Assembly: GCA_037137535.1 (NCBI GenBank)
Contig: JBAXKC010000007.1
Span: forward strand, 1 to 64,000
Origin: a bacterium
GTDB taxonomy: Bacteria > Cyanobacteriota > Vampirovibrionia > Gastranaerophilales > JBAXKC01
DNA: 64,000 nt
Direction: 5' to 3'
Each line of letters opens with the position of its first letter. The first letter of the stretch is position 1. Below are positions 50,565 to 60,179 of the stretch, piece by piece. The notes under the pieces were generated by a model that worked only from the letters and a program-made list of their open reading frames with translations, was not told the origin of the DNA and did not search any database. Made by a program: the position numbers and the translations under genes.

Positions 50565-51902
50565 ATGAGAATGAAAATCAAAGAAAAAGAATTTTTAAAA
50601 GCTATAAACTATTTAATTAAACATCAACCTGATCATGATCTGCTAATTAGTAAAATAACTGAAGAAATAGGACTATTTTATAATTCCGACAGAGTTGTTT
50701 TTTCAAAATATGATGCAGATAATGGAATTTTTATAGCACCAAATGATTTTTATGAATATCGAAAATCTGAAGCAGTAAAAAGTCTTATAGGAATAAGCAT
50801 TGAATCACAAGGAAATATTAAATATAAAAACAAATTAATTGAAAAGAAAAATGTTCTTTACATTAACGATACCCTTAAATCAGCTATTGAAACAATAGAT
50901 GAAAATCCAAGTCAGTTAGATCATAAAAATGAATTAGATTTTTTACATTTTTTTAATATCAAAGCAGCGATAGGAACAACTTTTCTTGATGGAAAAGAAT
51001 TATTGGGAATTATGGCCATTCATTTTCCAGCTTCAATTCCTGAACCATCAGAAGCAGATATTAATTTAATAAGAAATCTTAGCGAAATTATCAGCCCTTT
51101 ATTCAGAAAGGAAAATAAAACTGATTTATTATTTTCTTCTTTTAATCAAAATATAGCTAAAAATCTTGGTTTAAGCGCAGCTATTTTATATGATTACCTA
51201 TTAAAAGAAGACAGAAAGTACACATTATTTAAAAAAAATGATTTAAAAAATATTCTAACAATCAGTATTTTAGATATTAAAAATGCAACCTACCTGTCTA
51301 ATCCTGAAATAAGAACAGCATTAGAAAAACTTTATGAACAAGGAATCATTGAGCTTAAAAAGGTTAAAGAAGAAAATGCTGATACCATAAAATTCTTAAT
51401 TTCACCTGAAAATAAATATATAAATCGCATAAATAATGAAAACAAGCTGCAATTACTTTTTGATAATTACATAAAATGCTTTCAACAATCACAGAATAAC
51501 ACTTATCAGATAAACGATATCATTTCATTTAAGACCTTTGGCTTTAATTTTGATCTTGATGTTGATTTTCATAAATTAATTCAATATTTCTTTAAATCAT
51601 TTATTCAGAATAAGACGAAAGAACAATCTATTGGAAGAGAATTAGTTTCTATAATTTTTCAGACGCTTTATATCTTTATAAATGAAAATGATTTAACAAC
51701 AGCCAATATGATAAAATTGCTTGAAGCCTCTGAGGTTAATAATACAAAAGACCGAAACAACATTACTAATCTTGATAAGAATATTATCTCTTCACGTTTT
51801 TGGTTAATCTTAATTTATAGGTTAAGTATTGCTGACATTAACAGTAATGACAAAGAAATTTATAAAAAAATAATGCAACGACAAACAAAAGAGCTTGTAT
51901 AA
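50565..51902 (+). CDS. GAF domain protein with a probable winged-helix domain
   Basis: NSDRVVF...LLGIMAIH GAF; AKNLGLSAAILYDYL...IRTALEKLYEQGII. Confidence 0.6.
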   Translation: MRMKIKEKEFLKAINYLIKHQPDHDLLISKITEEIGLFYNSDRVVFSKYDADNGIFIAPNDFYEYRKSEAVKSLIGISIESQGNIKYKNKLIEKKNVLYINDTLKSAIETIDENPSQLDHKNELDFLHFFNIKAAIGTTFLDGKELLGIMAIHFPASIPEPSEADINLIRNLSEIISPLFRKENKTDLLFSSFNQNIAKNLGLSAAILYDYLLKEDRKYTLFKKNDLKNILTISILDIKNATYLSNPEIRTALEKLYEQGIIELKKVKEENADTIKFLISPENKYINRINNENKLQLLFDNYIKCFQQSQNNTYQINDIISFKTFGFNFDLDVDFHKLIQYFFKSFIQNKTKEQSIGRELVSIIFQTLYIFINENDLTTANMIKLLEASEVNNTKDRNNITNLDKNIISSRFWLILIYRLSIADINSNDKEIYKKIMQRQTKELV

Positions 51903-51905
51903 AAT

Positions 51906-52847
51906 TTATTTAATATACTTTCTCACAAATTGCCTAAGAGTATCATTATGCCTTATTTTCAATAGCATAGGCACATATGAATAATCCACTCCTTTATTTT
52001 GAGGAGTATTGACTATAAGATGATGCCCATTATCATCTGAATGAAGTGTTAAAACAACTATTTCAGGTGGATTTCCAATTCTTACAGGAACTCCGCCTAT
52101 TCCCGATGAAACAAAAAGCTGTTTTCCATTTTCTGCAATATGACCTTTCATAAATCTTTGACCATAATCAGAAATAATAAATAAACCGCCCAAATACGGC
52201 AAATTAATATGTCCCCCATGCGTATGCCCTGAAAGTGTTAGAGAAACTGATTTTGGTACTAATGGAAAATAATCGGGGTTATGGCTAAGCAAAATAGTAG
52301 GTCTTGATTTTTTTATATACCTTGTTGCTTTTCTATAGTCCGGATGTCCCATCCAAAAATCCTCAACCCCAACAATATTAAGCCCTTTACTTTTCAATAC
52401 CAGTGATTCATTCTCTAGTAAAGGAATATGAGCATTTTTTATTATTGTTCTTATTATATTGGTGTCATAATCATGATTTCCCATAACTGCAACTACACCG
52501 TATTTGGAATGAAAACCTGATAAAATTCTTGAAATTTTATTTGTATTTATTTTTGATGCTTTTATCGCTAAAGCATCCATATCACCTAAAAGAAAAATCA
52601 AATCCGGCTTTTGAGCATTTGCCAGTTGTACTATTTCTACTAATTTTTCTTCATTTATTGTTGGCGTGCCGATGTGCATATCGGAAATTGCAACAACTTT
52701 TAAATTATCAAGGCGATGACTCCAATTTGGCAGAACAAGGTCTTTATGAGTAACAACAAGCTTATTCGGCTCAATAAAACGTCCCCAGATAATAGCAACT
52801 ATCATTAAAAATATTATTATTTTTATTAATTTTAATATTAATTTCAT
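51906..52847 (-). CDS. Membrane-anchored metallophosphoesterase (YkuE/YaeI-like)
   Basis: SDMH, GD, GNHD, LSHNPD, SGHTHGG. Confidence 0.9.
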   Translation of the reverse strand: MKLILKLIKIIIFLMIVAIIWGRFIEPNKLVVTHKDLVLPNWSHRLDNLKVVAISDMHIGTPTINEEKLVEIVQLANAQKPDLIFLLGDMDALAIKASKINTNKISRILSGFHSKYGVVAVMGNHDYDTNIIRTIIKNAHIPLLENESLVLKSKGLNIVGVEDFWMGHPDYRKATRYIKKSRPTILLSHNPDYFPLVPKSVSLTLSGHTHGGHINLPYLGGLFIISDYGQRFMKGHIAENGKQLFVSSGIGGVPVRIGNPPEIVVLTLHSDDNGHHLIVNTPQNKGVDYSYVPMLLKIRHNDTLRQFVRKYIK

Positions 52848-52856
52848 ATAATAACC

Positions 52857-54212
52857 TTATTTCTCAAGAACGGCTTTAATTGACTCATGAGCAATATTAA
52901 CAAGCTTTTCAATTTCTTCTTCGGTAATAATCAAAGGTGGCATAAAATAAAGAACATTTCCTAATGGTCTGATAATAGCACCTCTTTTTAAGGCTTCTTT
53001 GTATATTTGATGACCAATACGGTCTTTTAACGGAAATTCTTCTTTTGTTTCTTTATTTCTAACAAGCTCTATTGCACCTACCATACCAATTTGGCGAATA
53101 TCACCGACATATTTATTATCTTTAAGTTTTTGCATTTCCTCTTTAAGACGTTTAATTTTTGGCTGTATTGCTTCAATTATTTTATCTTCTTCATATATTT
53201 TCGCACATTCGAGAGCAACGCTTGCAGCAAGAGGATTCCCCGTAAAACTATGCCCATGATAAAAAGTTTTTTTGTTTTCATAATCATCATAAAAGGCTTT
53301 ATATATTTTTTCGGTCGTAAGAGTTGCTGATAGTGGCATATATCCACCTGTAAGACCCTTTGCCACACATACTATATCGGGCACTATTTCAGCATGTTCA
53401 AAAGCAAACATTTTACCTGTTCTTCCAAATCCCATAGCCACTTCATCATCGATAAGAAGAGCATCATATTTGTCGCATAACTCACGAACTTTTGCTAAAT
53501 ACTTTGATGGGTATATTATCATTCCCCCTGCGGCTTGATTTAAAGGCTCAACAACAACACCGATTATTTCATCAGAATGCTCTTGGAATATTTTCTCCAT
53601 AGAGCTTATACATTCTACTTTACAAGTATCAGCCTTTTTTCCCTCAGGACATCTATAACAATAAGGACTTTCAGCTTGACAAACATCAAACAATAAAGGC
53701 TTATAAACATGATGAAACAATTCAACACCGCCAACAGACACAGCTCCAATTGTATCGCCATGATAAGAGTTTTTTAACGCAATAAATTTATTTTTTTGAG
53801 GTTTTCCACTCTGAACGCAATATTGATAAGCCATTTTTAAAGCCACTTCTACGGCAGTAGAACCATTATCAGAATAAAAAACTCTTGTTATGGCTTCAGG
53901 CATAAGATTGATAAGTTTCTCTGCCAGTTCTATCGCAGGCTTATGAGAAAATCCGGCTAATAACACATGTTCAATCTTTTGTAACTGGTTAATTATAGCG
54001 TTATTTAATCGTGTATTACTGTGCCCGAGAACATTTACCCACCATGAAGAAATACCGTCAATGTATCTATTCCCCTCTATATCCCAAATATAAATACCCT
54101 CTCCACGCTCGATTATTATAGGTTTTTCGTCTTTTTCATAATCTTTCATCTGAGTAAAAGGATGCCATATATATTTTAAGTCTTTATCAATCAATTCAGA
54201 GGTTATAGGCAT
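52857..54212 (-). CDS. bioA: Adenosylmethionine-8-amino-7-oxononanoate transaminase
   Basis: WHPFTQM, SSWW, DNGSTAVEVALKMA, YHGDT, DEVAMGFGRTG, AKGLTGG. Confidence 0.96.
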   Translation of the reverse strand: MPITSELIDKDLKYIWHPFTQMKDYEKDEKPIIIERGEGIYIWDIEGNRYIDGISSWWVNVLGHSNTRLNNAIINQLQKIEHVLLAGFSHKPAIELAEKLINLMPEAITRVFYSDNGSTAVEVALKMAYQYCVQSGKPQKNKFIALKNSYHGDTIGAVSVGGVELFHHVYKPLLFDVCQAESPYCYRCPEGKKADTCKVECISSMEKIFQEHSDEIIGVVVEPLNQAAGGMIIYPSKYLAKVRELCDKYDALLIDDEVAMGFGRTGKMFAFEHAEIVPDIVCVAKGLTGGYMPLSATLTTEKIYKAFYDDYENKKTFYHGHSFTGNPLAASVALECAKIYEEDKIIEAIQPKIKRLKEEMQKLKDNKYVGDIRQIGMVGAIELVRNKETKEEFPLKDRIGHQIYKEALKRGAIIRPLGNVLYFMPPLIITEEEIEKLVNIAHESIKAVLEK

Positions 54213-54284
54213 TTGATATTCCTTTAAGTTGCTTTATTCATTAAAAATATAATGAATAACTTTAAATATCAAATCAAACTTATA

Positions 54285-54320
54285 AAAAACCGTCTCTCTA
54301 ATAATAGAGAGACGGTTTTT
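54285..54320 (-). terminator. Terminator of the Gln-rich gene
   Basis: 16-bp perfect stem AAAAACCGTCTCTCTA/TAGAGAGACGGTTTTT. Confidence 0.8.
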
Positions 54321-54323
54321 ATC

Positions 54324-54866
54324 TTATCTTCTTCCTTGTTGATTATTTTGCCTGAAGTCTCTCATGTTTTGGTGTTGTTCTTGTCTAAACGCTTGTCTTC
54401 CTTGCTGATTGTTTTGTCTGAAATCTCTCATATTTTGGTGTTGATCTTGTCTAAACTCTTGTCTTCCCTGCTGATTATTTTGTCTGAAATCTTGCATGTT
54501 TTGGTGTTGATCTTGTCTGAACTCTTGTCTTCCCTGTTGATTATTTTGTCTAAAATCTTGCATGTTTTGGTGTTGTTCTTGTCTGAACTCTTGCCTTCCC
54601 TGTTGATTATTTTGTCTGAAATCTTGCATGTTTTGGTGTTGTTCTTGTCTGAATTGTTGTTTTTCCAGTTGATTATTCTGTTTATATTCTTCTCGTTTTT
54701 GATTCATCTCTTCTCGATGTTGCATGTATTTTTGTTGTCTTTCTTCGGGGGATAAATTGGGTCTGTCTTGATTATAAGACGGAGAATCAGAGCTTACCTG
54801 ACTAAATGCAGAATTTCCAACTAGTAATAATGAACAGACAAAAGCCGCCGCTAATAACTTTTTCAT
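54324..54866 (-). CDS. Secreted Gln-rich 22-aa tandem-repeat protein
   Basis: MKKLLAAAFVCSLLLVGNSAFS signal; five RQ[ED]QHQNM[QR]DFRQNNQQGRQ[EA]F units. Confidence 0.85.
   Translation of the reverse strand: MKKLLAAAFVCSLLLVGNSAFSQVSSDSPSYNQDRPNLSPEERQQKYMQHREEMNQKREEYKQNNQLEKQQFRQEQHQNMQDFRQNNQQGRQEFRQEQHQNMQDFRQNNQQGRQEFRQDQHQNMQDFRQNNQQGRQEFRQDQHQNMRDFRQNNQQGRQAFRQEQHQNMRDFRQNNQQGRR
54327..54650 (-). repeat. 66-nt coding tandem repeat, about 5 copies
   Basis: Recurrent TTGTCTGAAATCTTGCATGTTTTGGTGTTG on the plus strand. Confidence 0.92.
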
Positions 54867-54930
54867 GTAAATCCCTTTCATGCTAATCTTTTGCAAATAA
54901 TTTCAAACAAACACCGAAGCAGATAATAAC

Positions 54931-54973
54931 TTTATAAGGTTGTAAATAATTTTACGACTTACAACCCTATAAA
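54931..54973 (-). terminator. Hairpin after the Spy/CpxP gene
   Basis: TTTATAAGGTTGTAA/TTACAACCCTATAAA. Confidence 0.55.
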
Positions 54974-54998
54974 AGTTTATACCCATTATAAAAAATTT

Positions 54999-55502
54999 TT
55001 AATCTTTATTGAAATTATGATGTTCTCCTTTTTCATCATGATACTTTTTCATCTCCGCCTTACGCTCTTCTCTGAATTTAGCAAATTGAACTTTTTGATC
55101 AGGGGTCAATATTGCTTCAAATTGCTTCATATTTTCTTCCCTGACTTGTTGCACCTGTTTTCTCATTGCTCTTACTTTTTCTTGCTGTTGAGCTATATCT
55201 TGAGAAGGAGCCTTTTGTTCTCTCATTTGTTTTAATTTTTGATATTCTGCTTTTAAATTATCAATTAGAGGCTTGATTTTACCTTTAGAAGCTTCTCTCA
55301 TCGCTTTTGCTTTTTGGGCTTGATCAGGTGTTAAATTCAAATAATCTTTAATTTTTGGTCTTTGACATTCTTTATTAAACGTAGATTGAGCTTGAGTATT
55401 ATCGCTAATTAATAATTTATCAACATTTTGAGCAAAAGCTCCACTTGAAAATGCAAATAAAGACAAAGCAATTAAAGTTGTTGAAATATAATGTTTTTTC
55501 AT
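54999..55502 (-). CDS. Spy/CpxP-family periplasmic chaperone
   Basis: Signal peptide; two LTxxQ motifs (LNLTPDQ, ILTPDQ). Confidence 0.85.
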   Translation of the reverse strand: MKKHYISTTLIALSLFAFSSGAFAQNVDKLLISDNTQAQSTFNKECQRPKIKDYLNLTPDQAQKAKAMREASKGKIKPLIDNLKAEYQKLKQMREQKAPSQDIAQQQEKVRAMRKQVQQVREENMKQFEAILTPDQKVQFAKFREERKAEMKKYHDEKGEHHNFNKD

Positions 55503-55523
55503 GAGTTTGAACCCTTTCGTTAA

Positions 55524-56033
55524 TTATAGAAATTCTTTTAACTCTTCTTTAAGCAATCTTCTGGCTTTAAAGAGTCTTGATTTTATTGTGCCTGCAGGGC
55601 AATTTAATTTTTTAGCTATAGCATCATGTGTTAATTCTTCTATGTCATGAAGAATGACAACTTCCTTGAATTTGGGAGGTAACAAATTGATTGCATTAAT
55701 TATAGTTTGATGTCTTTCATTCAAAAGTGCTTTCTGTAAAGGGATGGGCTTATTATCCTTTATCTGATTAAACATTTCTTCATCAGAGCAAGCAAAAGCT
55801 TTCTTACTTTTAGTAAAATCCTTACATGTGTTTATGGTTACAGTTTTTATCCATCCGAGCAAAGAAGTGCTATTTTCTACTTTATGAAAATTTTTCCATG
55901 TTTTTATATAGACTGTTTGCTCAATGTCATCAACTTCATCATCATCAATCGAGTTTTTAAAAAAACCTTTTATAGTAGACCGAACTCGACCGTTATATTC
56001 ATTGATTACATTTTTTATCGGGGTATCTTTCAT
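55524..56033 (-). CDS. ECF sigma factor
   Basis: DDIEQTVYIKTW, GWIKTVTINTCKD, LPPKFKEVVIL..IAKKLNCPAGTIKSRLFKAR. Confidence 0.92.
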   Translation of the reverse strand: MKDTPIKNVINEYNGRVRSTIKGFFKNSIDDDEVDDIEQTVYIKTWKNFHKVENSTSLLGWIKTVTINTCKDFTKSKKAFACSDEEMFNQIKDNKPIPLQKALLNERHQTIINAINLLPPKFKEVVILHDIEELTHDAIAKKLNCPAGTIKSRLFKARRLLKEELKEFL

Positions 56034-56040
56034 ATAAGCC

Positions 56041-56406
56041 TTATTCTATCTCCAATAATCCATATTGATCAGTTGGTAAGCCCATTGCTTCAACAACAGA
56101 TGTATCATTAACAGATAACTCCGAGGACTTCGTATGTTCAATTGCAATTTTATTTACAGAAAAATTATCAAATGCGAAAAAACATAGAAAAATAAGAATT
56201 AATGATGCAACAGCCTGTAATTGAACAGAAGGAATTTTTTTTGATTTTGATTTATTAAGATATGGTTTTACTTCTTTAACAAGAGAAGCTATTTTTTGAT
56301 CTTCCTCATATTCTTTCCTGCACTCTTCGCAGTCTTTGATATGAGAGAACAAAACTTCTTCACTCTGAAATAAGTATAACGATTCATATCTATTACATTT
56401 TCCCAT
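56041..56406 (-). CDS. Zinc-binding anti-sigma factor (ZAS)
   Basis: HIKDCEEC (HxxxCxxC) followed by one TM. Confidence 0.8.
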   Translation of the reverse strand: MGKCNRYESLYLFQSEEVLFSHIKDCEECRKEYEEDQKIASLVKEVKPYLNKSKSKKIPSVQLQAVASLILIFLCFFAFDNFSVNKIAIEHTKSSELSVNDTSVVEAMGLPTDQYGLLEIE

Positions 56407-56440
56407 AATTTTATACCTTTGTTTTCTCCTTCTGATAATA

Positions 56441-56467
56441 TAACGATTTGATTTTGAAAAGGGTTCA
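56441..56467 (-). promoter_or_regulatory. ECF-type promoter of the anti-sigma/sigma/Spy operon
   Basis: Minus strand TGAACC-N16-CGTTA. Confidence 0.7.
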
Positions 56468-56659
56468 TTTTTTTAATATTTTTTATTTTATTCATTTCAG
56501 ACAGCTTTTAAAAAGATCCTACAAGTCATTATATGTTAATTTTATATCAATTACTTATCTATAGATATTAAATCTCCTGATTGAAATATTATTATGATTT
56601 AGTTTTAATTAAAGTAATAACCTAAGCTTAATTTATAGTATATTTTATAGGTAAAATTT

Positions 56660-57805
56660 ATGAGTTTATTTAAATCTCTTTTAATCACGATAGCTATTTT
56701 TATTTTCATTGGATTATTTTGCGTTATAGGTGTTTTTTTTGATCAAGAGAAAAAATCAGAGAAAACTCTTGCATTAGTTAAAGATTTATACAATAAAGGA
56801 AGCTATGAAGAGGTAATAGCTAAAGTTAATGAAACTCTTCCATTTGCTCATAGAGAAGAATTATTATTTACTAAGTTCGAATCATTAATGGAGTTAGGTA
56901 AATTTTATGAAGCCGAAACTCTTTCAAAAGAATTATTAAAGCTTAATGCAAAGAACGATAAATGTTATTATTTATTAGGTCTTTTATATTACAATACAGG
57001 CGATTTTACAAAATCATCGGAATCATTTAAAAAAGCCATTGAACTACAACCGAAAAATATTGATTATAAATTAAATCTGGCTAGAATTCTTGCTCAAAAT
57101 GGTAACTATGATGACGCAATAAAAGTTTATGCACAAATAATGAAAGAAGATCAAAGATATGAAGTGGCATGGGCTGAAATGGCTAATACCTATAATACGA
57201 TAGGGAATAAAAAAGAAGTTTTAAGATTAAGAAAAGATGCCGTAAAAAGGTTTCCTAATAATTCGTATGATCACTATATGCTTGGTGTAATTTATGATGA
57301 ACTGAAAATGAAAAAACAGGCGATTATTTCATTTAAAAAGTCTATTGATTTGCAACCTGATGCTGATACAGATGCAAAAGACAGATTGGAAAAATTAACA
57401 GGAAAGAGTTATAGCGTTACTTTTGGATCACAAGAACGAATTCCATATCATGGAATGGGTAATCTTATGCTTATTAATACAAAGGTTAATAATGTAAAGG
57501 GGACATTCTTAGTTGACACAGGTGCTATGACTACCGTACTTTATTCAAGATTTCTTAAAAATAATAATATTAAATTGATTACAAATTCTTTTGGTGTAAT
57601 AGAAATGGCTAACGGCAAAAAAAGTTTTGCTCCTTCTACCTATATTGATGTACAGATGGGAAGTAAAAATCTAACAGATATAAGAGCTTATATTTTACCT
57701 GATACTAAGAATATGAATATTGATGGAATAATCGGAATGAATGTATTGAATAATTTTAGTTTTCAAATAGATTCAGGGAAAAATTCTATATTAATTAATA
57801 AATAA
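56660..57805 (+). CDS. Membrane-anchored TPR protein with C-terminal retropepsin-like aspartyl protease
   Basis: TM, TPRs, FLVDTGA...DGIIGMNVL. Confidence 0.88.
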   Translation: MSLFKSLLITIAIFIFIGLFCVIGVFFDQEKKSEKTLALVKDLYNKGSYEEVIAKVNETLPFAHREELLFTKFESLMELGKFYEAETLSKELLKLNAKNDKCYYLLGLLYYNTGDFTKSSESFKKAIELQPKNIDYKLNLARILAQNGNYDDAIKVYAQIMKEDQRYEVAWAEMANTYNTIGNKKEVLRLRKDAVKRFPNNSYDHYMLGVIYDELKMKKQAIISFKKSIDLQPDADTDAKDRLEKLTGKSYSVTFGSQERIPYHGMGNLMLINTKVNNVKGTFLVDTGAMTTVLYSRFLKNNNIKLITNSFGVIEMANGKKSFAPSTYIDVQMGSKNLTDIRAYILPDTKNMNIDGIIGMNVLNNFSFQIDSGKNSILINK

Positions 57806-57823
57806 TCCTATAACTAAAAAAGT

Positions 57824-57858
57824 AAAAACCCTTTAATTAAGAAAATTAAAGGGTTTTT
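57824..57858 (+). terminator. Intrinsic terminator
   Basis: AAAAACCCTTTAATT/AATTAAAGGGTTTTT. Confidence 0.75.
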
Positions 57859-58082
57859 GTGATTTTCAAGCGTATGTAAACCTGTAAAAAAAGTTTAAGG
57901 TCTAAATTCATATACTAACTTTTTATATTTCAAGAATTAAGTCGATTTATTAATTTTATAAATGAAATTTGCTCCTATAATAAGAATTCAAATTTATAGA
58001 ACTCTCAAAAAATAAAGTTCAATCCTTATCATGGAAAATTGGTGCAATTATCATTATTATTTAATCGAGAAAGGAAATTATC

Positions 58083-58598
58083 ATGGGAAAAAGAGGTATA
58101 GAAATATTAGGGCTTAACGTCGAACAACTGATAAAAACCTTAAATGAAGCATTAAGTGAGGAATGGTTAGCCTATTATCAATATTGGATTGGTGCAAAAG
58201 TGATGGAAGGCCCAATGAGATCAGATATTGAATCCGAACTTCTTCTTCATGCTAATCAAGAACTAAATCATGCAACTTTATTGGCAGACAGAATAATACA
58301 ATTAGGCGGAGTGCCTGTTTTATCTCCTGATGAGTGGTCAAAACTTGCAAAATGCAAATATCAATCACCTGAAGATAATTACATCGAATCTGTACTAACT
58401 CAAAATCTTGAATCAGAAAGATGTGCTATTCAGAGATATAAAGATATTATCGATTCAACAAACGACAAAGACCATACCACTCATCAAATGGCAATTAATA
58501 TTCTGAATGAAGAAATTGAACATGAGCAGGATCTTGAAGATTGGATAAAAGATATTAACAGAATTAAAGAACAAGTTAAAAATACAAAATTAACCTAA
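58083..58598 (+). CDS. Ferritin-like protein (DPSL/bacterioferritin-related)
   Basis: ALSEEWLAYYQYW, ELNHA..LADRIIQLGG, ERCAI, EEIEHE. Confidence 0.9.
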   Translation: MGKRGIEILGLNVEQLIKTLNEALSEEWLAYYQYWIGAKVMEGPMRSDIESELLLHANQELNHATLLADRIIQLGGVPVLSPDEWSKLAKCKYQSPEDNYIESVLTQNLESERCAIQRYKDIIDSTNDKDHTTHQMAINILNEEIEHEQDLEDWIKDINRIKEQVKNTKLT

Positions 58599-58603
58599 TG
58601 TTG

Positions 58604-59188
58604 TTAAGTTAGTCTGTAATCTATTCCGTTAAAGCGATTTGAAGCCGTAGTAAGATCATTTTTTATGTAAGTTTCAATCGCTTCTGCGGCTCCATTTACA
58701 ACATTTGCTAAGAGAGCTTTTTCTGAAACGGCAAAAGGCTCAAGGACAAAATTTTTCCTTGCAGCTCCACCGGGATCAGGGCCGATTCCAACTTTTAATC
58801 GATGAAAATTGTTAAATCCGCCAAAAGAACCTATTATTGACTTTATACCGTTATGACCACCGTCACTTCCGCTATTTCTAAATCTTAATCTACCAAGGTC
58901 GAGCGCTATATCATCAAAAACAACAAATATATTTTCTTTTTGCAATTTATACCAGTTTATAATTTTAACAATACTTTCCCCCGAAAGATTCATAAAAGTC
59001 ATTGGCTCAAGAATAAAGACTTCTTCCCCGCAAATATTTCCCTTGCCGACTAAAGCATTGAATTTAGGCTCAAATCTCAAAGATATAGCATGTTTTGAGG
59101 CTAACGTCTCAACAGTCATAAAACCTATGTTATGTCTAGTGTTTTTATACTTATCACCCGGATTGCCGAGTCCTATTATCACTTTCAC
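58604..59188 (-). CDS. pth: Peptidyl-tRNA hydrolase
   Basis: GLGNPG..Y..TRHNIGF, TFMNLSG, GGHNGIKS. Confidence 0.97.
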   Translation of the reverse strand: MKVIIGLGNPGDKYKNTRHNIGFMTVETLASKHAISLRFEPKFNALVGKGNICGEEVFILEPMTFMNLSGESIVKIINWYKLQKENIFVVFDDIALDLGRLRFRNSGSDGGHNGIKSIIGSFGGFNNFHRLKVGIGPDPGGAARKNFVLEPFAVSEKALLANVVNGAAEAIETYIKNDLTTASNRFNGIDYRLT

Positions 59189-59420
59189 TTTTAGTTCTAC
59201 TCCTATAGGGTAACTTGATGAATAAATTTTTTGTCTTTTTATTATATTCTCTGTGATAGGAACTATTTTAATTTTATGTTATATTTTTATTGATAATTTA
59301 ATATATCTAATTGAATAATAACTATTAAAATTACAAATCTGCGATTAAAGAGCAATTACCCGATAAAACTATTAAATCAAAAAATAATATAATTAAAAGA
59401 GCAAACAATTGGAGGTTAAA

Positions 59421-59996
59421 ATGTCTACTGATAATCAAATTTCTACCGACACACCTATAAGCGAAAGCAGCACAAGGCTTGTAGATTTCCTTGAAACATC
59501 AAATCTGCACAAAAAAGATTTTGCCGAAATGATAGGTGTTACTCTTTCTTATGTTTATAGCCTTATTGACAGCACTATTTCATTCTCGACAAGAACCACA
59601 ACACTTGAACGTATTGCGGTTATTATGGGGATAAATCCTTCTGAGTTTCCTGAATACAAATCATCAGAAGAGCCTAAACTTGTTGATCCGGGAGTACAGT
59701 TTCTGAAACAGAAACAAAGAGAACTTGGATTAAGCAATGTACAATTACTAAAACGTTTCCCAAGACAAAAAAGACTTGAAATGGTTGATCTTTGGAGAGG
59801 TGCAGAGCCATTACCACTTGATTGGAATGACCTTGCCGCTGTTGCAGAAGTTTTAGAATTGTCTTCAAAAGACATCTATCCATATTGGCAAGCAAGACTA
59901 CAACAATATCTTGTAGTTGGAGGTATTGACCTTTTTGCTAATACAGGATTAATTAATGCGATGTTTGAGGGAGCAAAAAGCTATTTAAAAATATAG
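59421..59996 (+). CDS. XRE-like helix-turn-helix protein
   Basis: LHKKDFAEMIGVTLSYVYSL; GGAGG RBS. Confidence 0.65.
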   Translation: MSTDNQISTDTPISESSTRLVDFLETSNLHKKDFAEMIGVTLSYVYSLIDSTISFSTRTTTLERIAVIMGINPSEFPEYKSSEEPKLVDPGVQFLKQKQRELGLSNVQLLKRFPRQKRLEMVDLWRGAEPLPLDWNDLAAVAEVLELSSKDIYPYWQARLQQYLVVGGIDLFANTGLINAMFEGAKSYLKI

Positions 59997-60123
59997 ACTT
60001 TTTACGCATTATTTTTACTCAAAATTGCATTAAGATAGAAGTATCTTGAATCAAACCGATCTTAAAAGTGAAATACTGATATTCTCAGATTAACGGATAA
60101 GGTCGGTTTTTTCTATCCTCTAA

Positions 60124-60156
60124 CTAAAACCTCACTATTAATTAGTGAGGTTTTAG
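60124..60156. terminator. Terminator between convergent genes
   Basis: Perfect 14-bp stem CTAAAACCTCACTA/TAGTGAGGTTTTAG. Confidence 0.75.
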
Positions 60157-60179
60157 ACTGTTATATTTATAATTTTTTA

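Noticed and set aside
54327-54650. Regular repeats suggesting a CRISPR array
   Set aside because: Contiguous in-frame 66-nt coding units with no unique spacers and no cas genes
54252-54755. 167-aa Leu-rich plus-strand ORF
   Set aside because: Antisense shadow of the Gln-rich repeat gene, which has the signal peptide, RBS and terminator
56581-56608. TTGAA-N16-GTTTTAA as another copy of the shared box
   Set aside because: Both halves mismatch; plausible by chance in AT-rich DNA
59341-59366. TAAA..CCCGATAA as a sigma-28 promoter
   Set aside because: Spacer is only 9 nt
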